64,000 bases of DNA, from the NCBI GenBank assembly GCA_964435795.1, contig CAYTAT010000003.1:128981-192980 (forward strand), written 5' to 3'. Below the pieces are notes generated by a model that saw nothing but the letters and a program-made list of their open reading frames with translations, made no database searches and was not told where the DNA came from. The stretch's first letter is position 1. Each line of letters opens with the position of its first letter. Positions 8,900 to 18,587 of the stretch are shown here, piece after piece. The stretch comes from an uncultured Spirochaetaceae bacterium. GTDB lineage: Bacteria; Myxococcota_A; UBA9160; UBA4427. Position numbers and translations under genes: made by a program.

Positions 8900-10234
8900 T
8901 CAACCCGTGACGGCTTTCATCAGATTCACGAGGGTGGATGGAAGGGCGTGCCAGAGTACGAAAAAGAGTACGGGCGGGACCACCCAACGCAGCAGGAAAT
9001 ACCAGATCCGGAAGCCCCAGGAGGCCGTTCCCCCCCCTGCCGCCTCGCAGATGGGATCGTTCATCACCCAGCCGGTGAAGATCGCCAGGGCGAGACCTCC
9101 GGCCAGCAGGAAGAGATTGTTGGCCACCTGATCCATCAAGTCGAGGATGTTGATATTCCAGGCGGCGGCCCCCCCCAGCAGGATCACGAGAATTCCCATG
9201 CCAATGGCCGCTCGCGACCGCACCCAGCCGAGTCCATCCACGAGGGCCGATACCAGGACCTCGAAGAGCGAAAGGGCCGAGGTCAGGGCCCCGACGATCA
9301 GGGCGAGAAAGAAGAAGAAGGCGATGCCGCGGCCGGAGGCTCCCATCTCCGCGAAGGCCGTGGGCAGGGAAACGAAGAGGGCACCCAGGGTGCTCTCACT
9401 CACCTGCGCATGAATTCCCAGGGCAAAAATGATCGGGAAGACCATCAGGCCCGCCAGGAAGGCGACGGCGAAATCGGAGCCCGCAATCGCCAGCGAATGC
9501 TTCTGCAGCGGGGCGTCTTTGGGCAGATAGCTCGCAAAAGTCATCATGGCGCCCATTCCCAGGCTCAAGCTGAAGAAGGCCTGACCCGCGGCACTCACGA
9601 GCACATCCATGGAAAAGGCATTTGAGAAATCTGCATTGAGGTAGTAGTGATAGCCCGCCGAGGCCCCCTCAAGGGTCGCGGCGTAGATCGCGATGGCGCA
9701 TACCAGCAGCAATAGCAGCGGCATCGCCAACATGGAGACCCGCTCGATGCCAGCGCGAATACCACCGGCCACGATCAGGGCCGTGAGGGCCATGAAGAGA
9801 ATGTGGAAGAAGAATGCGTCTCCACCTTCACTGACAGCACTGAAATGTGCGCCGGGATCCGCGGGAAGACCGAATAGAAGTGCCTCACCCGCGTAGCGAA
9901 TGGTCCATCCCGCGATCACCGAATAGTAGGAGAGGATCAACAGACCGGTGAATACGAATACCGCTCCCAGGGCTTTCCACTTCTCGCCCCCATAATGGGC
10001 GAGGGCCAGGATCGGACTTCTGCGAGAACCCCGGCCGAGGGTCAACTCTGCGAGCAGGATGGGCAGGCCGATCACCACGGTGAAGAGGAGATAGAGCAGG
10101 ACAAAGGCGGCGCCCCCCTTCTCCGCCGTGAGGTAGGAGAAGCGCCACATATTTCCCAGGCCAACGGCGGATCCGACCGCGGCCGCGATGAATCCCAATG
10201 AACTATTCCACTCTTCGCGAGATCTGATTTCCAC
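8900..10234 (-). CDS. sodium-dependent transporter, NSS/SNF family
   Basis: ORF 8900..10234. N-terminal WNSSLGFIAAAVGSAVGLGNMWRFSYL is the NSS hallmark. Confidence 0.9.
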   Translation of the reverse strand: MEIRSREEWNSSLGFIAAAVGSAVGLGNMWRFSYLTAEKGGAAFVLLYLLFTVVIGLPILLAELTLGRGSRRSPILALAHYGGEKWKALGAVFVFTGLLILSYYSVIAGWTIRYAGEALLFGLPADPGAHFSAVSEGGDAFFFHILFMALTALIVAGGIRAGIERVSMLAMPLLLLLVCAIAIYAATLEGASAGYHYYLNADFSNAFSMDVLVSAAGQAFFSLSLGMGAMMTFASYLPKDAPLQKHSLAIAGSDFAVAFLAGLMVFPIIFALGIHAQVSESTLGALFVSLPTAFAEMGASGRGIAFFFFLALIVGALTSALSLFEVLVSALVDGLGWVRSRAAIGMGILVILLGGAAAWNINILDLMDQVANNLFLLAGGLALAIFTGWVMNDPICEAAGGGTASWGFRIWYFLLRWVVPPVLFFVLWHALPSTLVNLMKAVTG

Positions 10235-10344
10235 CTCACCTCCCGAACGCCCATTGATCGAAAACGATTCTCGTCGAGATTACGCCTCGACGGGCGCCCC
10301 CGCACGCGCCAAGATCCTTTCCGGGGCAATCCCCGGCCCAGCAC

Positions 10345-12312
10345 TTGGCAGAACCGCAACTCATCCGACGGAGAGGAAATTTGGCCGATCGCGAAGCACT
10401 CTCCCGGATTCTCGCTCGCATCGATGGCCGGGGCTACAAGGCCTACGGAGACATTCGTGGCGCCTTCGAATTCGACCGCTTCACCCTCTATGTCGACCGC
10501 GTCCAGGGAGACCCCTTCGCGGCGCCATCCAAGCTCAGACTTCGGATTCCGCGGGATGAAAGCGGCCTGCCCGCGGAATTGTCTCGGCAGGGAGTGCGCG
10601 AAAGGGCTCTCGCCGACTTCCTGGCACGGAGTTTCCGGGATGCGATCGAGAACTCGGGCAGGAGGAGAAGCGCAGCCAGGAGCGGGAGAAGGAGTACCGA
10701 GAGCGGAACTGGCGGGCGAGGCGAGCGAGGACGATCCGGACGTCGCACTCCCGCCCGGGAAAATTCGAGGGGAAGCGGAAAGAGCGGCCTGATCTTCATC
10801 GATGCCGGCCATCAGGAGGTTCTCGAGCGCTCGGCGATCAGGATCGAGGAAGCCTGGGTCGAAGCCCGGATCGAAGTGGGGTTGCCCGCGGCCGGAAGGC
10901 GGGTGCTGGGCCGAGAAGCCGATTCTCTTCTGACCGATGCGCTGCCGCGAATCGTCGAGGAAGCCCTGCTCTGGGACGAAGAGCGCGTGGAAGCAGCCCG
11001 CGGCCTGGTGGAATGCGTCGAGAACCAGGAATTCATCCGCGACCGTCTGCCCGCCCTGGGGCTCGTCGCCTTCGTGGCCGATGGATCGATCCTCCCCCGA
11101 ACGAGCGGAGCCAGTGAGAAACCCATGCAGGCGGATGAGGCCGTACCCTTTCGCTCACCGACTTCCCTTGCCGTGGAGATCGAAGTCCCGAATCCGCTCG
11201 ATGCGAGTGGCGGCCGGACGCTGCGCGGGATGGGGATTCCGACGGGCATCACCCTGATCGTGGGAGGGGGCTACCACGGGAAGTCGACGCTGCTCCGCGC
11301 ACTCGAATGCGGGGTCTACCCGCATATTCCCGGCGATGGACGGGAATACGTGGTAGCCCTGCCCGATCTGGTCAAGATTCGAGCCGAGGACGGTCGGTCG
11401 GTGACGGGAGTGGACATTCACGCCTTCATCGGCGCCCTGCCTGGATCCGGAAAAAATTTCAAAGCCGGGGGCGGGGGGCAGGGGCGGGAGCGAACCTTCT
11501 CGAGTCAGGACGCCAGCGGCTCGACGAGCCAGGCGGCCAATATCGCGGAGGCGATCGAATCCGGCGCCCGGGGCCTGCTTCTCGACGAGGATACCTCGGC
11601 GACCAATTTCATGCTTCGAGATGCCCGGATGCAGAGGCTCGTAGAGCGCGATTTCGAGCCGATCACCCCCTTCGTCGACCGCGTCCGGGAAATTTACGAG
11701 ATCTTCGGAATCTCCACGGTCCTCGTGATGGGCGGTTCGGGGGATTACTTCGACGTGGCGGATTGCGTCATCATGCTGCGCGACTACCGAGCCGAGGATG
11801 TCACCGCTCGGGCAAGAGAAATCGCGTTGGAGCAGGAGACGGGGCGCGACGCCGAGGAAAAAACCCCGCTGGAAGCGATCTCTCCGCGCCGCCCCCTCGC
11901 GGATTCCTTCGTGGCGTCGCGCGGCCGGAGAGCCGTGAGCATCTCGACCAGGAGCCGAGAACTCATCCGCTACGGCGAAGAAGACCTGGATCTCCGCTCC
12001 CTCAGCCAACTCCTGGATACCAGCCAGACCCGTGCGATCGGCCGAGCGATCCATTTCGCCAGCGAAAACCTGATGGGCGGACGGAATCGGGGCCTTCGGG
12101 ACGGCCGCCCCAGGCTCTCCGAAATCCTCGATGCCCTGGAGGCGATCCTGGACGAAGAAGGTCTCGACGCCCTCGCGGAGCCGACCCATCGCGAAGGGCG
12201 TGGAGGCCATCCCGGGAACCTGGCCCGCCCGCGCCGCCACGAAATCGCGGCGGCGATCAATCGTCTGCGCTCACTCAAGATCGACACGAGCAGCCTGGGG
12301 CCACTCGACTAG
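10345..12312 (+). CDS. ABC-class ATPase domain protein (PF09818-like)
   Basis: ORF 10345..12312. Shows LIVGGGYHGKSTLLRALECGVYPHIPGDGREYVV, ASGSTSQAANIAEAIE and LLLDEDTSATNFM. Alternative start is TTG 10381, preceded by GGAGAGG. Confidence 0.8.
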   Translation: MAEPQLIRRRGNLADREALSRILARIDGRGYKAYGDIRGAFEFDRFTLYVDRVQGDPFAAPSKLRLRIPRDESGLPAELSRQGVRERALADFLARSFRDAIENSGRRRSAARSGRRSTESGTGGRGERGRSGRRTPARENSRGSGKSGLIFIDAGHQEVLERSAIRIEEAWVEARIEVGLPAAGRRVLGREADSLLTDALPRIVEEALLWDEERVEAARGLVECVENQEFIRDRLPALGLVAFVADGSILPRTSGASEKPMQADEAVPFRSPTSLAVEIEVPNPLDASGGRTLRGMGIPTGITLIVGGGYHGKSTLLRALECGVYPHIPGDGREYVVALPDLVKIRAEDGRSVTGVDIHAFIGALPGSGKNFKAGGGGQGRERTFSSQDASGSTSQAANIAEAIESGARGLLLDEDTSATNFMLRDARMQRLVERDFEPITPFVDRVREIYEIFGISTVLVMGGSGDYFDVADCVIMLRDYRAEDVTARAREIALEQETGRDAEEKTPLEAISPRRPLADSFVASRGRRAVSISTRSRELIRYGEEDLDLRSLSQLLDTSQTRAIGRAIHFASENLMGGRNRGLRDGRPRLSEILDALEAILDEEGLDALAEPTHREGRGGHPGNLARPRRHEIAAAINRLRSLKIDTSSLGPLD

Positions 12313-12432
12313 CAGGGCCCGATCCCGCGCGGAGCCAAAGACATACTCCCTCGATCCACGACTGCTCCGACTGCGCTCACCCGGATGAAGAGAGGGATCG
12401 AATCCGATACCCGCGAAATCCGCCGCGAGCGA

Positions 12433-13509
12433 TTACCAATCCGCCAACTGTGCCGAGCGTTCGCGATGTTCGGAAGGCGAGCCCAGGAATGCCCGATCGA
12501 ACATGGCGCGCTTGAAAAAGATCTGGACATCGCACTCCCAGGTAAATCCGATCCCCCCGTGAATCTCCACGGCATCCCGGGCCACCTGCAGGAAGCGATC
12601 ACTGATATGGGCCTTGGCGATCGCGGCGATGCGCTCCGCCTCGTCGGGAACGTGGTCCTGGGCGTAGGCGGAGAACCAGTAGAGGCCCCGATTGGTTTCG
12701 ACATCGAGGGCCAGGTTCGCCAACTGATGTTTGAGGGCCTGAAAATGCCCGATGGCGACGCCGAATTGCTCCCGCGTCATGGCATATTCGACCGACATTT
12801 CCAGCAGTCGCTCGGAGCCCCCGAAGGCATCCGCGGCCAGCAGGACCAGGGCCACGTCCCGGACGCGGCGACCCGCCGCATCCCCTTCCCCGAGCATTTC
12901 GCAGGGCGTCCCCTCGAAGCTGAGCTTCCTGAAGCGACGAGTCAGATCGGCCCCATCCACCAACTCCATGCGAATGCCGGGCGCCCCCTTTTCCACGACG
13001 GCCAGGCGGCCCCCGGAGAGACCGACCACGATCAGGTCGGCCAACTCAGCCTGGGGGACGAATTCCTTCACGCCCTCGAGTTTCTCGGAGGCGGGCATGC
13101 ACCATTGGTCGGGCTGCCACTTTCCTCCGGCCTCGGCGAGGGCCACGCTCCCGATCAGATCTCCGCTGGCCAGGGCGGGCAGCCACTTTTCCTTCTGCTC
13201 GTCGCTACCCCCCGCCGTGATCGCCAGCGCGGCCAGTACATGGCCGAGGAAGGGACCCGGGGCTGCGTGATAGCCCAGGGTCTCCGCGACTACCGCCAGA
13301 TCCAGAACTTCGAGACCTGCCCCCCCGTAGCGCTCGGGGATGGCGAGACCCGCGATTCCCAATTCGACCAGATTCTTCCACAGCTTGGGGTCATGACCTG
13401 AATCCCCGTCGAAAATCGTTCTCAGATGGGTCAGGGGGCATTCGTTCTCGAGACATTGCCCCAGCATCTCCTGGAGCATCTCCTGCTCTTCGCTAAGGTC
13501 GAAATTCAA
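12433..13509 (-). CDS. acyl-CoA dehydrogenase family protein (shorter partner of a pair)
   Basis: ORF 12433..13509. MNFDLSEEQEML... and HGGIGFTWECDVQIFFKRA. TTG start overlaps the stop of the upstream ACAD gene. Confidence 0.8.
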   Translation of the reverse strand: MNFDLSEEQEMLQEMLGQCLENECPLTHLRTIFDGDSGHDPKLWKNLVELGIAGLAIPERYGGAGLEVLDLAVVAETLGYHAAPGPFLGHVLAALAITAGGSDEQKEKWLPALASGDLIGSVALAEAGGKWQPDQWCMPASEKLEGVKEFVPQAELADLIVVGLSGGRLAVVEKGAPGIRMELVDGADLTRRFRKLSFEGTPCEMLGEGDAAGRRVRDVALVLLAADAFGGSERLLEMSVEYAMTREQFGVAIGHFQALKHQLANLALDVETNRGLYWFSAYAQDHVPDEAERIAAIAKAHISDRFLQVARDAVEIHGGIGFTWECDVQIFFKRAMFDRAFLGSPSEHRERSAQLADW

Positions 13510-14717
13510 GGCTTCGAACTCCTATTTGCGGCGGAATCACGTGGGAGCCCAAGGCCCCGCTCGGCAATCACGTTGCGCTGGATATTCGCCGTGCCCCCGG
13601 CGATGGCGATGCCCAGGGAGTACATATAGCGACCGATCCAGCCCTGGGCGTCCGAGGCGGGCACTCCCAATTCCGCATTGCCCGCGGAGAGCAGGCCCGA
13701 ATCGCCCAGCAGATCCAGGGAAATCGCCGCGGCTTGATGTCCGATCTCAGTCGAAAAGAGTTTCATCATCATCGTGATCAGACCGGCCGCCTCCCCCTTG
13801 GCGTCCTTGGTGAGTTGGCGATAGCCGGAGTATTGATGGGCCCGCACATAGCCCTCCAAGCTTGCGAGCCGCTGTCGGAAGGCCGGATTTTCGATCGCGG
13901 GCCTCCCCTCCAATTCGGAGGTCTTCGCGAGTTTGACGAGAGACTTGAGGGCGGCGCGCGTCTGGGTCGCCGCACCGATCGAGTTGCGCTCATGCTTGAG
14001 AGTGGTCCGGGAGACGTTCCAGCCCTCGCCCCGCTCACCGACAATCCAATCCCTGGGAGTGCGGGCATCGTTGAAGAAGACCTCGTTGAAGTCGGCACTG
14101 CCCGTCATCATGCGCAGGGGGCGAATCTCGATACCGGGTTGCTTCATATCGAGGAGCAGATACGAGATACCGGCATGTTTCTCTTCTTCCGGCTCGGTTC
14201 GTATCAGGCAAAACATATAGTCCGCATGGTGGGCCCCACTCGTCCAGATCTTCTGGCCGTTGATCACCCACTCATCACCCTCGAGTTTGCCCTTCGTCTT
14301 GAGCGACGCCAGATCACTGCCGGAACCGGGTTCGCTATATCCCTGGCACCATGCGATTTCACCCGTGATCGTCGGCCTGACAAATTTCTCCTTCTGCCAC
14401 TCTTCGCCCCTTTCGAGCAGGGTGGGGACCAGCATCATGGTGCCGATCCCCCGGGCCTCGAGGGGAGCCCAGGAGCGGCTGAACTCTTCCCGGATGATCT
14501 GCGCCTTCAGGACATCGGGGGGCTGCTCCGATCCCCCGTATTGCTTGGGGATATTTCGGTAGAGATGGCCCCGCTCGATGGCTCGTGAACGGAAGAGAGC
14601 GGCCTGCTTCTCGTAGGGAAGATCCGCTTCCTCACCCTTCAGCGGCCAGCTCTCTGCCAAGAAGGCCTGCACTTCTTCGCGAAAGCCCTCCATCTCGCTG
14701 CCGTAGCTCAAGTCCAT
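13506..14717 (-). CDS. acyl-CoA dehydrogenase family protein
   Basis: ORF 13506..14732 trimmed to ATG 14717 (MDLSYGSEMEGFREEV), which has GGAG upstream. Shows ACAD-like GYSEPGSGSDLASL and GGTANIQRNVIAE. Confidence 0.85.
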   Translation of the reverse strand: MDLSYGSEMEGFREEVQAFLAESWPLKGEEADLPYEKQAALFRSRAIERGHLYRNIPKQYGGSEQPPDVLKAQIIREEFSRSWAPLEARGIGTMMLVPTLLERGEEWQKEKFVRPTITGEIAWCQGYSEPGSGSDLASLKTKGKLEGDEWVINGQKIWTSGAHHADYMFCLIRTEPEEEKHAGISYLLLDMKQPGIEIRPLRMMTGSADFNEVFFNDARTPRDWIVGERGEGWNVSRTTLKHERNSIGAATQTRAALKSLVKLAKTSELEGRPAIENPAFRQRLASLEGYVRAHQYSGYRQLTKDAKGEAAGLITMMMKLFSTEIGHQAAAISLDLLGDSGLLSAGNAELGVPASDAQGWIGRYMYSLGIAIAGGTANIQRNVIAERGLGLPRDSAANRSSKP

Positions 14718-14872
14718 GCTTCGCTCCCGCATCCGGTTGAAATCGATTTTGATCTCTGGAGATACGGACGATAGCGCTTGAAAACCCGTTGCGAAGCTCC
14801 GGAGGGGAAGCCGATCTCCTCCGGGCTGCGGCCATTTCGAGCGAAACGCGGCGGGGATCCCCGCAGAATTGA

Positions 14873-17752
14873 TCAGTCAAGATCCACGAATGCGTCCTTG
14901 ACAAGGGCTTTCTGCTCCGCGACATGCATGCGCATGGAACCCGTCGCGGGGCTCGCCGCAGGGGGGCGACCGGCGTAGCGGAGAGTCGCCCGGGCGGGGA
15001 GCATCTCTCCCAGAACTTCGTGCACGAAGGTCCAACCGCCCATATTTCGCGGCTCCTCCTGAACCCAGAATACTTCCGCCACTTTCGGATGGCGCTCCAA
15101 CAATGCACGAATCTCATTCCCGGGCCAGGGGTAGAGTTCCTCGATGCGCACCAGGCTCACCTTCTTCCTGGCGGCTTCATCGAGATACTCGGCTTCATCG
15201 CATAAATCGTAATGAACCTTGCCGAAGCTGAAGAGGATTCTTTCGACCGCCTGGGGATCGGAAGCGTTGAGAGGGTCATCGATCACGGGCTGAAAATGAC
15301 CCGATGTAAAATCTGCCAGGGGAGATGCGGCCCTTGGCGAACGCAGCAGACTCTTCGGTGTAAAGATCACCATGGGGGCCCGATAGGGGCGCAGCATCTG
15401 GCGGCGCAACACGTGAAAATATTGGGCTGCGGTGGTGCAGTTCACCACCTGAAGGGAATCCTCGGCACAGGTCTGCAGGAATCGCTCGATGCGCGCGCTC
15501 GAATGTTCTGGCCCCTGTCCCTCGTAGCCATGGGGAAGCAAGAGGACTAGACCGCTGATACGACCCCATTTGACGTGGGCCGAGGTGATGAATTGATCGA
15601 TCACGACCTGGGCCCCATTGGCGAAATCACCGAATTGGGCCTCCCAGAGGGTCAGCGTATCCGGCCGGACGAGGCTATAGCCGTATTCGAAACCCAGCAC
15701 CGCAGCTTCGGAGAGCAGGCTGTCCACGACTTCGAATCGCGCCTGGGGACCCGTGAGATTATCCAGGGGGACGTAGTCCTCGCCGCTTTCCTGGTCGACG
15801 AGAACGGCGTGGCGATGGCTGAAGGTTCCTCGCGAAGAATCCTGTCCCGAGAGCCGAATCGAAAGACCCTCCAGCAGAAGGCTGCCGAATGCCAGGGCCT
15901 CGGCGGTTCCCCAATCGATACCCGTACCCTCGCGGATCGACCTGCCCCGGCGACCGACCACCGCCTTCAGCTTGGGATGGATCTTGAAATAGGGGGGAAG
16001 GCTCGCCAGCCCACTCGCGACCTTTTCCAGCCGCTCGCTGGAAACCGCGGTTTCCACGACCGCCTCTGGAAGAGTTCGCGAGAAGCCCGCCCAGCGACCG
16101 CGAAGCTCGTAGGGCTCATCGGGACCGGGAGGGCGCGATTGAATCGAATCGTATGCCGAATTCAGATCGGCGCGGTGACGCTCCTGGATCGCCTTCGCTT
16201 CCGCCTCGGAGAGGATCCCCATCTCCTTGAGCCTTTCACCATAGAGTTGCCGCACGGGCGGGCGCTTGCGAATCTTCGTATAGAGCCGCGGTTGGGTAAA
16301 GCCGGGCTCATCACCCTCGTTATGCCCATGGCGCCTGTAGCAGACGAGATCGATCACCACATCATCGCCAAATCGCAGGCGGTAGTCCATCGCGAGGCGG
16401 ATGCAGTGTACGACCGCCTCGGGATCGTCGCCGTTGACGTGAAAAATCGGCACCTGGATCATCTTGGCGATATCACTGCAGTAGAGGGTAGAGCGCGCCT
16501 CGGATGCCGTGGTCGTGAACCCGATCTGGTTGTTGATGATGAGATGTAGCGTTCCGCCCGTCGAATAACCGGAGAGTTGGGAGAGGTTCAATGTCTCGGC
16601 CACCATTCCCTGGCCCGCGAAGGCGGCGTCGCCATGCAGGAGAAGGGGCAGGATCCTCTTTCCCTCCTGATCCCCGAGGAGTACCTGCTTGGCCCGAGCC
16701 CGCCCGACGGCCACGGGATTCACGGCCTCGAGGTGGGAGGGATTCGAGGTGAGTGTCAGATGCACCCGTTCCCCCGTCGAGACGAAACGATCCGTTGAAT
16801 AGCCCTTATGATATTTGACATCCCCAGAGCCGAAGGGGGAACTCACCAGCGGGTTATCCTGGAATTCGGCGAAGATCGCCTCATAGGGCTTGCCGAGCAC
16901 ATTGCCCAATACGTTCAAACGACCGCGATGGGACATGCCCAGGACGATCTCCCGGATCCCCAGACTCGGCGCCTGGCGGATCGCAGCGTCCAACATGGGG
17001 ACCGCGGCCTCGGCACCCTCCAGGGAAAAGCGCTTCTGGCCCATGAACCGGGTGTGAATGAATGTCTCGAAGAGCTCGGCGCGGGAGAGTTGATCAAAAA
17101 TTCGCAGGCGTTCTTCATCCTCGACCAGGGGGACGTTGCGGGTCTTTTCCATTCGCTCCTGGAGCCAACCCTTGCGGCCCGGATCCTGAACGTGGGTGTA
17201 CTCCGCACCGATCGTGCCGCAATAGGTCTTGCGAAGCCTCGCCAGGATCTCGCTCAGGGTCTGCACTCCCCCCCCCGGCAGATCCCCGGTAATGAACCCG
17301 GACTCCATATCCTCATGCCCCAAGCCGTAATGGGCGGGATCGAGTTCGGGGAAGTAGGTCGAATGCTCGCCGAGGGGATCCGTATTGGCGATGCGATGCC
17401 CCCTGGCCCGGTAGAAGTGGATCAGGCGCAGTACGCGCGCATAGCGATCGGCCGTCTGAAGACCCAGGACCGGATCCGAATCCAAGGGGGCCTGCCCGGA
17501 CTCATAGTGGCTGCGCCGGGACCCCGTCCCCTCGCCTGCGGGGCGAACAAAAGATTCCTGCACCGAGGCCCCGGAGAAGGACCGGCCCCGAAATTCCCCC
17601 TCCCAGCTGGCATCCACCGAGGAGGGATCGGCGCGATAGCGCTGCTGCAATTCCTCGACCACCCCGGCATTGATGCCATATTCGGGGTAGAAGGAGGAAT
17701 CGGGCTCGGGAACCTCCTCCTCCTGGCCGATTCCATCGCTGGCCGACGACAT
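14873..17752 (-). CDS. sucA: 2-oxoglutarate dehydrogenase E1 component
   Basis: ORF 14873..18013 trimmed to ATG 17752 (MSSASDG...). Shows GINAGVVEELQQRYRADPSSVDASW and RRHGHNEGDEPGFTQP. Confidence 0.9.
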   Translation of the reverse strand: MSSASDGIGQEEEVPEPDSSFYPEYGINAGVVEELQQRYRADPSSVDASWEGEFRGRSFSGASVQESFVRPAGEGTGSRRSHYESGQAPLDSDPVLGLQTADRYARVLRLIHFYRARGHRIANTDPLGEHSTYFPELDPAHYGLGHEDMESGFITGDLPGGGVQTLSEILARLRKTYCGTIGAEYTHVQDPGRKGWLQERMEKTRNVPLVEDEERLRIFDQLSRAELFETFIHTRFMGQKRFSLEGAEAAVPMLDAAIRQAPSLGIREIVLGMSHRGRLNVLGNVLGKPYEAIFAEFQDNPLVSSPFGSGDVKYHKGYSTDRFVSTGERVHLTLTSNPSHLEAVNPVAVGRARAKQVLLGDQEGKRILPLLLHGDAAFAGQGMVAETLNLSQLSGYSTGGTLHLIINNQIGFTTTASEARSTLYCSDIAKMIQVPIFHVNGDDPEAVVHCIRLAMDYRLRFGDDVVIDLVCYRRHGHNEGDEPGFTQPRLYTKIRKRPPVRQLYGERLKEMGILSEAEAKAIQERHRADLNSAYDSIQSRPPGPDEPYELRGRWAGFSRTLPEAVVETAVSSERLEKVASGLASLPPYFKIHPKLKAVVGRRGRSIREGTGIDWGTAEALAFGSLLLEGLSIRLSGQDSSRGTFSHRHAVLVDQESGEDYVPLDNLTGPQARFEVVDSLLSEAAVLGFEYGYSLVRPDTLTLWEAQFGDFANGAQVVIDQFITSAHVKWGRISGLVLLLPHGYEGQGPEHSSARIERFLQTCAEDSLQVVNCTTAAQYFHVLRRQMLRPYRAPMVIFTPKSLLRSPRAASPLADFTSGHFQPVIDDPLNASDPQAVERILFSFGKVHYDLCDEAEYLDEAARKKVSLVRIEELYPWPGNEIRALLERHPKVAEVFWVQEEPRNMGGWTFVHEVLGEMLPARATLRYAGRPPAASPATGSMRMHVAEQKALVKDAFVDLD

Positions 17753-17927
17753 GCGGTCCCCCGCCGGATCGCGGTCGGAATTTTCGCTCAAAACATTCCT
17801 CCTACCCGAAAAGTGGAGCTTCCGATACGGGGCGGCGCTCGCATCCGGATGATACCCCAGGCGCGGTCCCAGCCCGCGCTCCCCGGGACCACTTCCCGTG
17901 GAGGACGGCGGCGGGTAGTCTGACGGC

Positions 17928-18587
17928 ATGCGCCTCGGGAAACGGCTCTCCGCAGATTTTTTCGCAGCGCCCGCGCAGGTCGTGGCCCCGGCCCTGCTGG
18001 GCTGCATACTCATCCGGAGACTCGATGGCGCAGAAACCTTGGCGGGTCGGATCGTCGAAGTCGAGGCCTATCTCGGAGATGGCAGCGATCCGAGTTCCCA
18101 CTCCCACGCCGGAATCACGCCTCGCAATGCCAGTATGTTCGGTCCACCCGGACGCCTCTACGCGTACCGGAGCTACGGAATCCACATCTGCATCAACATC
18201 GTCTGCGAATCCGAGGGCCGAGGAGCGGCGATCCTGCTGCGCGCGGTCGAGCCCCTCCAGGGCATCGATACGATGCGACGTCGACGCGGACTCGAAGAGA
18301 ATGCCCGGGGGCCGCTGATCGCGAGCGGGCCCGGCCGCCTCGGCCAGGCCTTCGCCTTTGGGCTCGAGGACGATGGCAGCAGTGCGATCAGCGGAGCCGT
18401 CAGGATCCACGGACTTCCCCCGAATCGGCCCCCACCGGAAATCCGGGCGGGGCCGCGGGTGGGAATCTCCCGGGCCACGGAACTCCCCTACCGATTCTTC
18501 ACCGCAAACGATCCCTGGGTCAGCGGGAAACGCAACGGAGAGAGAATTCCTGCAATTCGACTTCAGGCGCAGAAATCCAGGACCTGA
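17928..18587 (+). CDS. mpg: DNA-3-methyladenine glycosylase (AAG/Mpg family)
   Basis: ORF 17928..18587. Shows GRIVEVEAYLG..DP.SHS, GPPGRLYAYRSYGIHICINIV and GAAILLRAVEP. Confidence 0.9.
   Translation: MRLGKRLSADFFAAPAQVVAPALLGCILIRRLDGAETLAGRIVEVEAYLGDGSDPSSHSHAGITPRNASMFGPPGRLYAYRSYGIHICINIVCESEGRGAAILLRAVEPLQGIDTMRRRRGLEENARGPLIASGPGRLGQAFAFGLEDDGSSAISGAVRIHGLPPNRPPPEIRAGPRVGISRATELPYRFFTANDPWVSGKRNGERIPAIRLQAQKSRT

Noticed and set aside
10622-10636. TGGCACGGAGTTTCC, resembling a sigma-54 -24/-12 element.
   Set aside because: It lies inside the ABC-class ATPase coding sequence. The -12 element is TTCC rather than TTGC, and no downstream gene start follows.
12394-12405. GGGATCGAATCC, a tRNA T-loop-like string between the ABC-class ATPase and ACAD genes.
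   Set aside because: Flanking bases do not form a T-stem and no cloverleaf is possible.
11307-12515. 402-aa alternative-frame ORF inside the ABC-class ATPase gene. A similar case is 17802..19010, overlapping the sucA 5' end and antisense to mpg and the hydrolase gene.
   Set aside because: Extreme Arg/Pro/Gly content and no motifs. These are frame-shifted or antisense shadows of well-supported genes.
17753-18013. Long N-terminal extensions offered by the ORF track. Examples are sucA to 18013, panE from 26547, SDR to 52491, HIT to 6044 and the epoxide hydrolase from 30655.
   Set aside because: The extensions are Arg/Pro/Gly-rich, have no family similarity and overlap neighbouring genes or promoters. 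Internal starts with Shine-Dalgarno-like sequences reproduce the canonical family N-termini.
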